Source: Candidatus Dormiibacterota bacterium (GTDB lineage Bacteria > Chloroflexota > Dormibacteria > Aeolococcales > Bog-877). Taken from it: a DNA stretch of 64,000 nt. Position 1 is the first letter of the stretch. Each line of letters begins with the position of its first letter. Below, one piece after another: positions 63,787 to 64,000 of the stretch. The notes beneath the pieces are model-generated. The model saw only the letters and a program-made list of their open reading frames with translations. It did not search any database and was not told the origin of the DNA. The translations under genes were made by a program, and so were the position numbers. The DNA lies in NCBI GenBank assembly GCA_035534695.1, contig DATLRN010000010.1:21333-85332 (forward strand), read 5' to 3'.

Positions 63787-64000
63787 GCGGCTGCGATCCA
63801 TCGCCGGGGTTGATCGGATAGCCGCCTGCATGTTCTTTACCCACAATCTTCATTTACGCATGTTGGATTAACACCGTCAGGCAAAGGGCTGGCCTCGTCT
63901 TCGACGCACCTCTTCTAATCGGCGGAGGCGTTCGCTATCGCGGCCAGGACTTGCGACACAGCTGGCCTCTCACCTGCCGGCTCAGGCTTCCTGAGCGCCG

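Noticed and set aside
1-64000. Scan for tRNA, rRNA, CRISPR arrays, intact IS elements or prophage genes, and classical defence genes.
   Set aside because: I noticed no T-loop/anticodon-arm-type sequences, no regularly spaced direct repeats, and no integrase, recombinase, RT, nuclease or methylase-type ORFs. The only mobile trace is the transposase fragment near 57.4-57.6 kb.

Overview
This is a 64-kb, high-GC, gene-dense chromosomal window with a strong G/C third-codon-position bias. I saw no rRNA, tRNA or CRISPR. The taxonomy is inference only: a deep-branching actinobacterium or a Chloroflexi-like organism, suggested by a DinB/MDMPI-type protein, a Ddn-like F420 reductase, a PcaL fusion, a T-box leader and the LysW pathway.

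Content from left to right:
1. A MoxR-DUF58-membrane protein module, followed by two tandemly duplicated DUF4129-like genes and a lipoprotein.
2. A minus-strand operon of PLP enzyme, ATP-grasp and J-domain protein. It lies head-to-head, 15 bp apart, with a 57-codon LysW-like zinc-ribbon gene that the ORF track misses. That gene overlaps, tail-to-tail, a tight five-gene minus-strand operon: ChlI-like AAA+, vWA, hypothetical, cytoplasmic NlpC/P60 and a MurD-like ligase.
3. Housekeeping and miscellaneous genes: ComB-like, AhpD/CMD-like, MscL with a C-terminal zinc ribbon, a SIP-type reductase, an AI-2E transporter, YdbS/YdbT PH-domain proteins, an MDMPI-like protein and a PRC-barrel protein.
4. 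An aromatic-catabolism island: pcaIJHGB-pcaL with 4-nt overlaps, tatA/tatC, pobA, an aldehyde dehydrogenase, a HAAT-type ABC importer whose binding protein carries a Tat signal, and an IclR regulator.
5. A MEDS/anti-sigma-kinase protein, a marR gene with a fused 1265-aa ABC exporter, Ddn-like and DUF1810 genes, gmd (no canonical start codon), an SDR epimerase and a MetE-like gene.
6. A decayed gntR-ABC locus and an IS remnant.
7. A complete LysW-type (alpha-aminoadipate/LysW carrier) cluster, lysJ then lysWXYZK. The lysWXYZK part is preceded by a clear T-box leader whose specifier reads AAG (Lys).

The best candidate for something new is the orphan second LysW-like carrier gene and its non-canonical ligase, PLP-enzyme, peptidase and AAA+-vWA neighbourhood at about 5.2-15.5 kb. 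The Lys T-box in front of lysW comes second.
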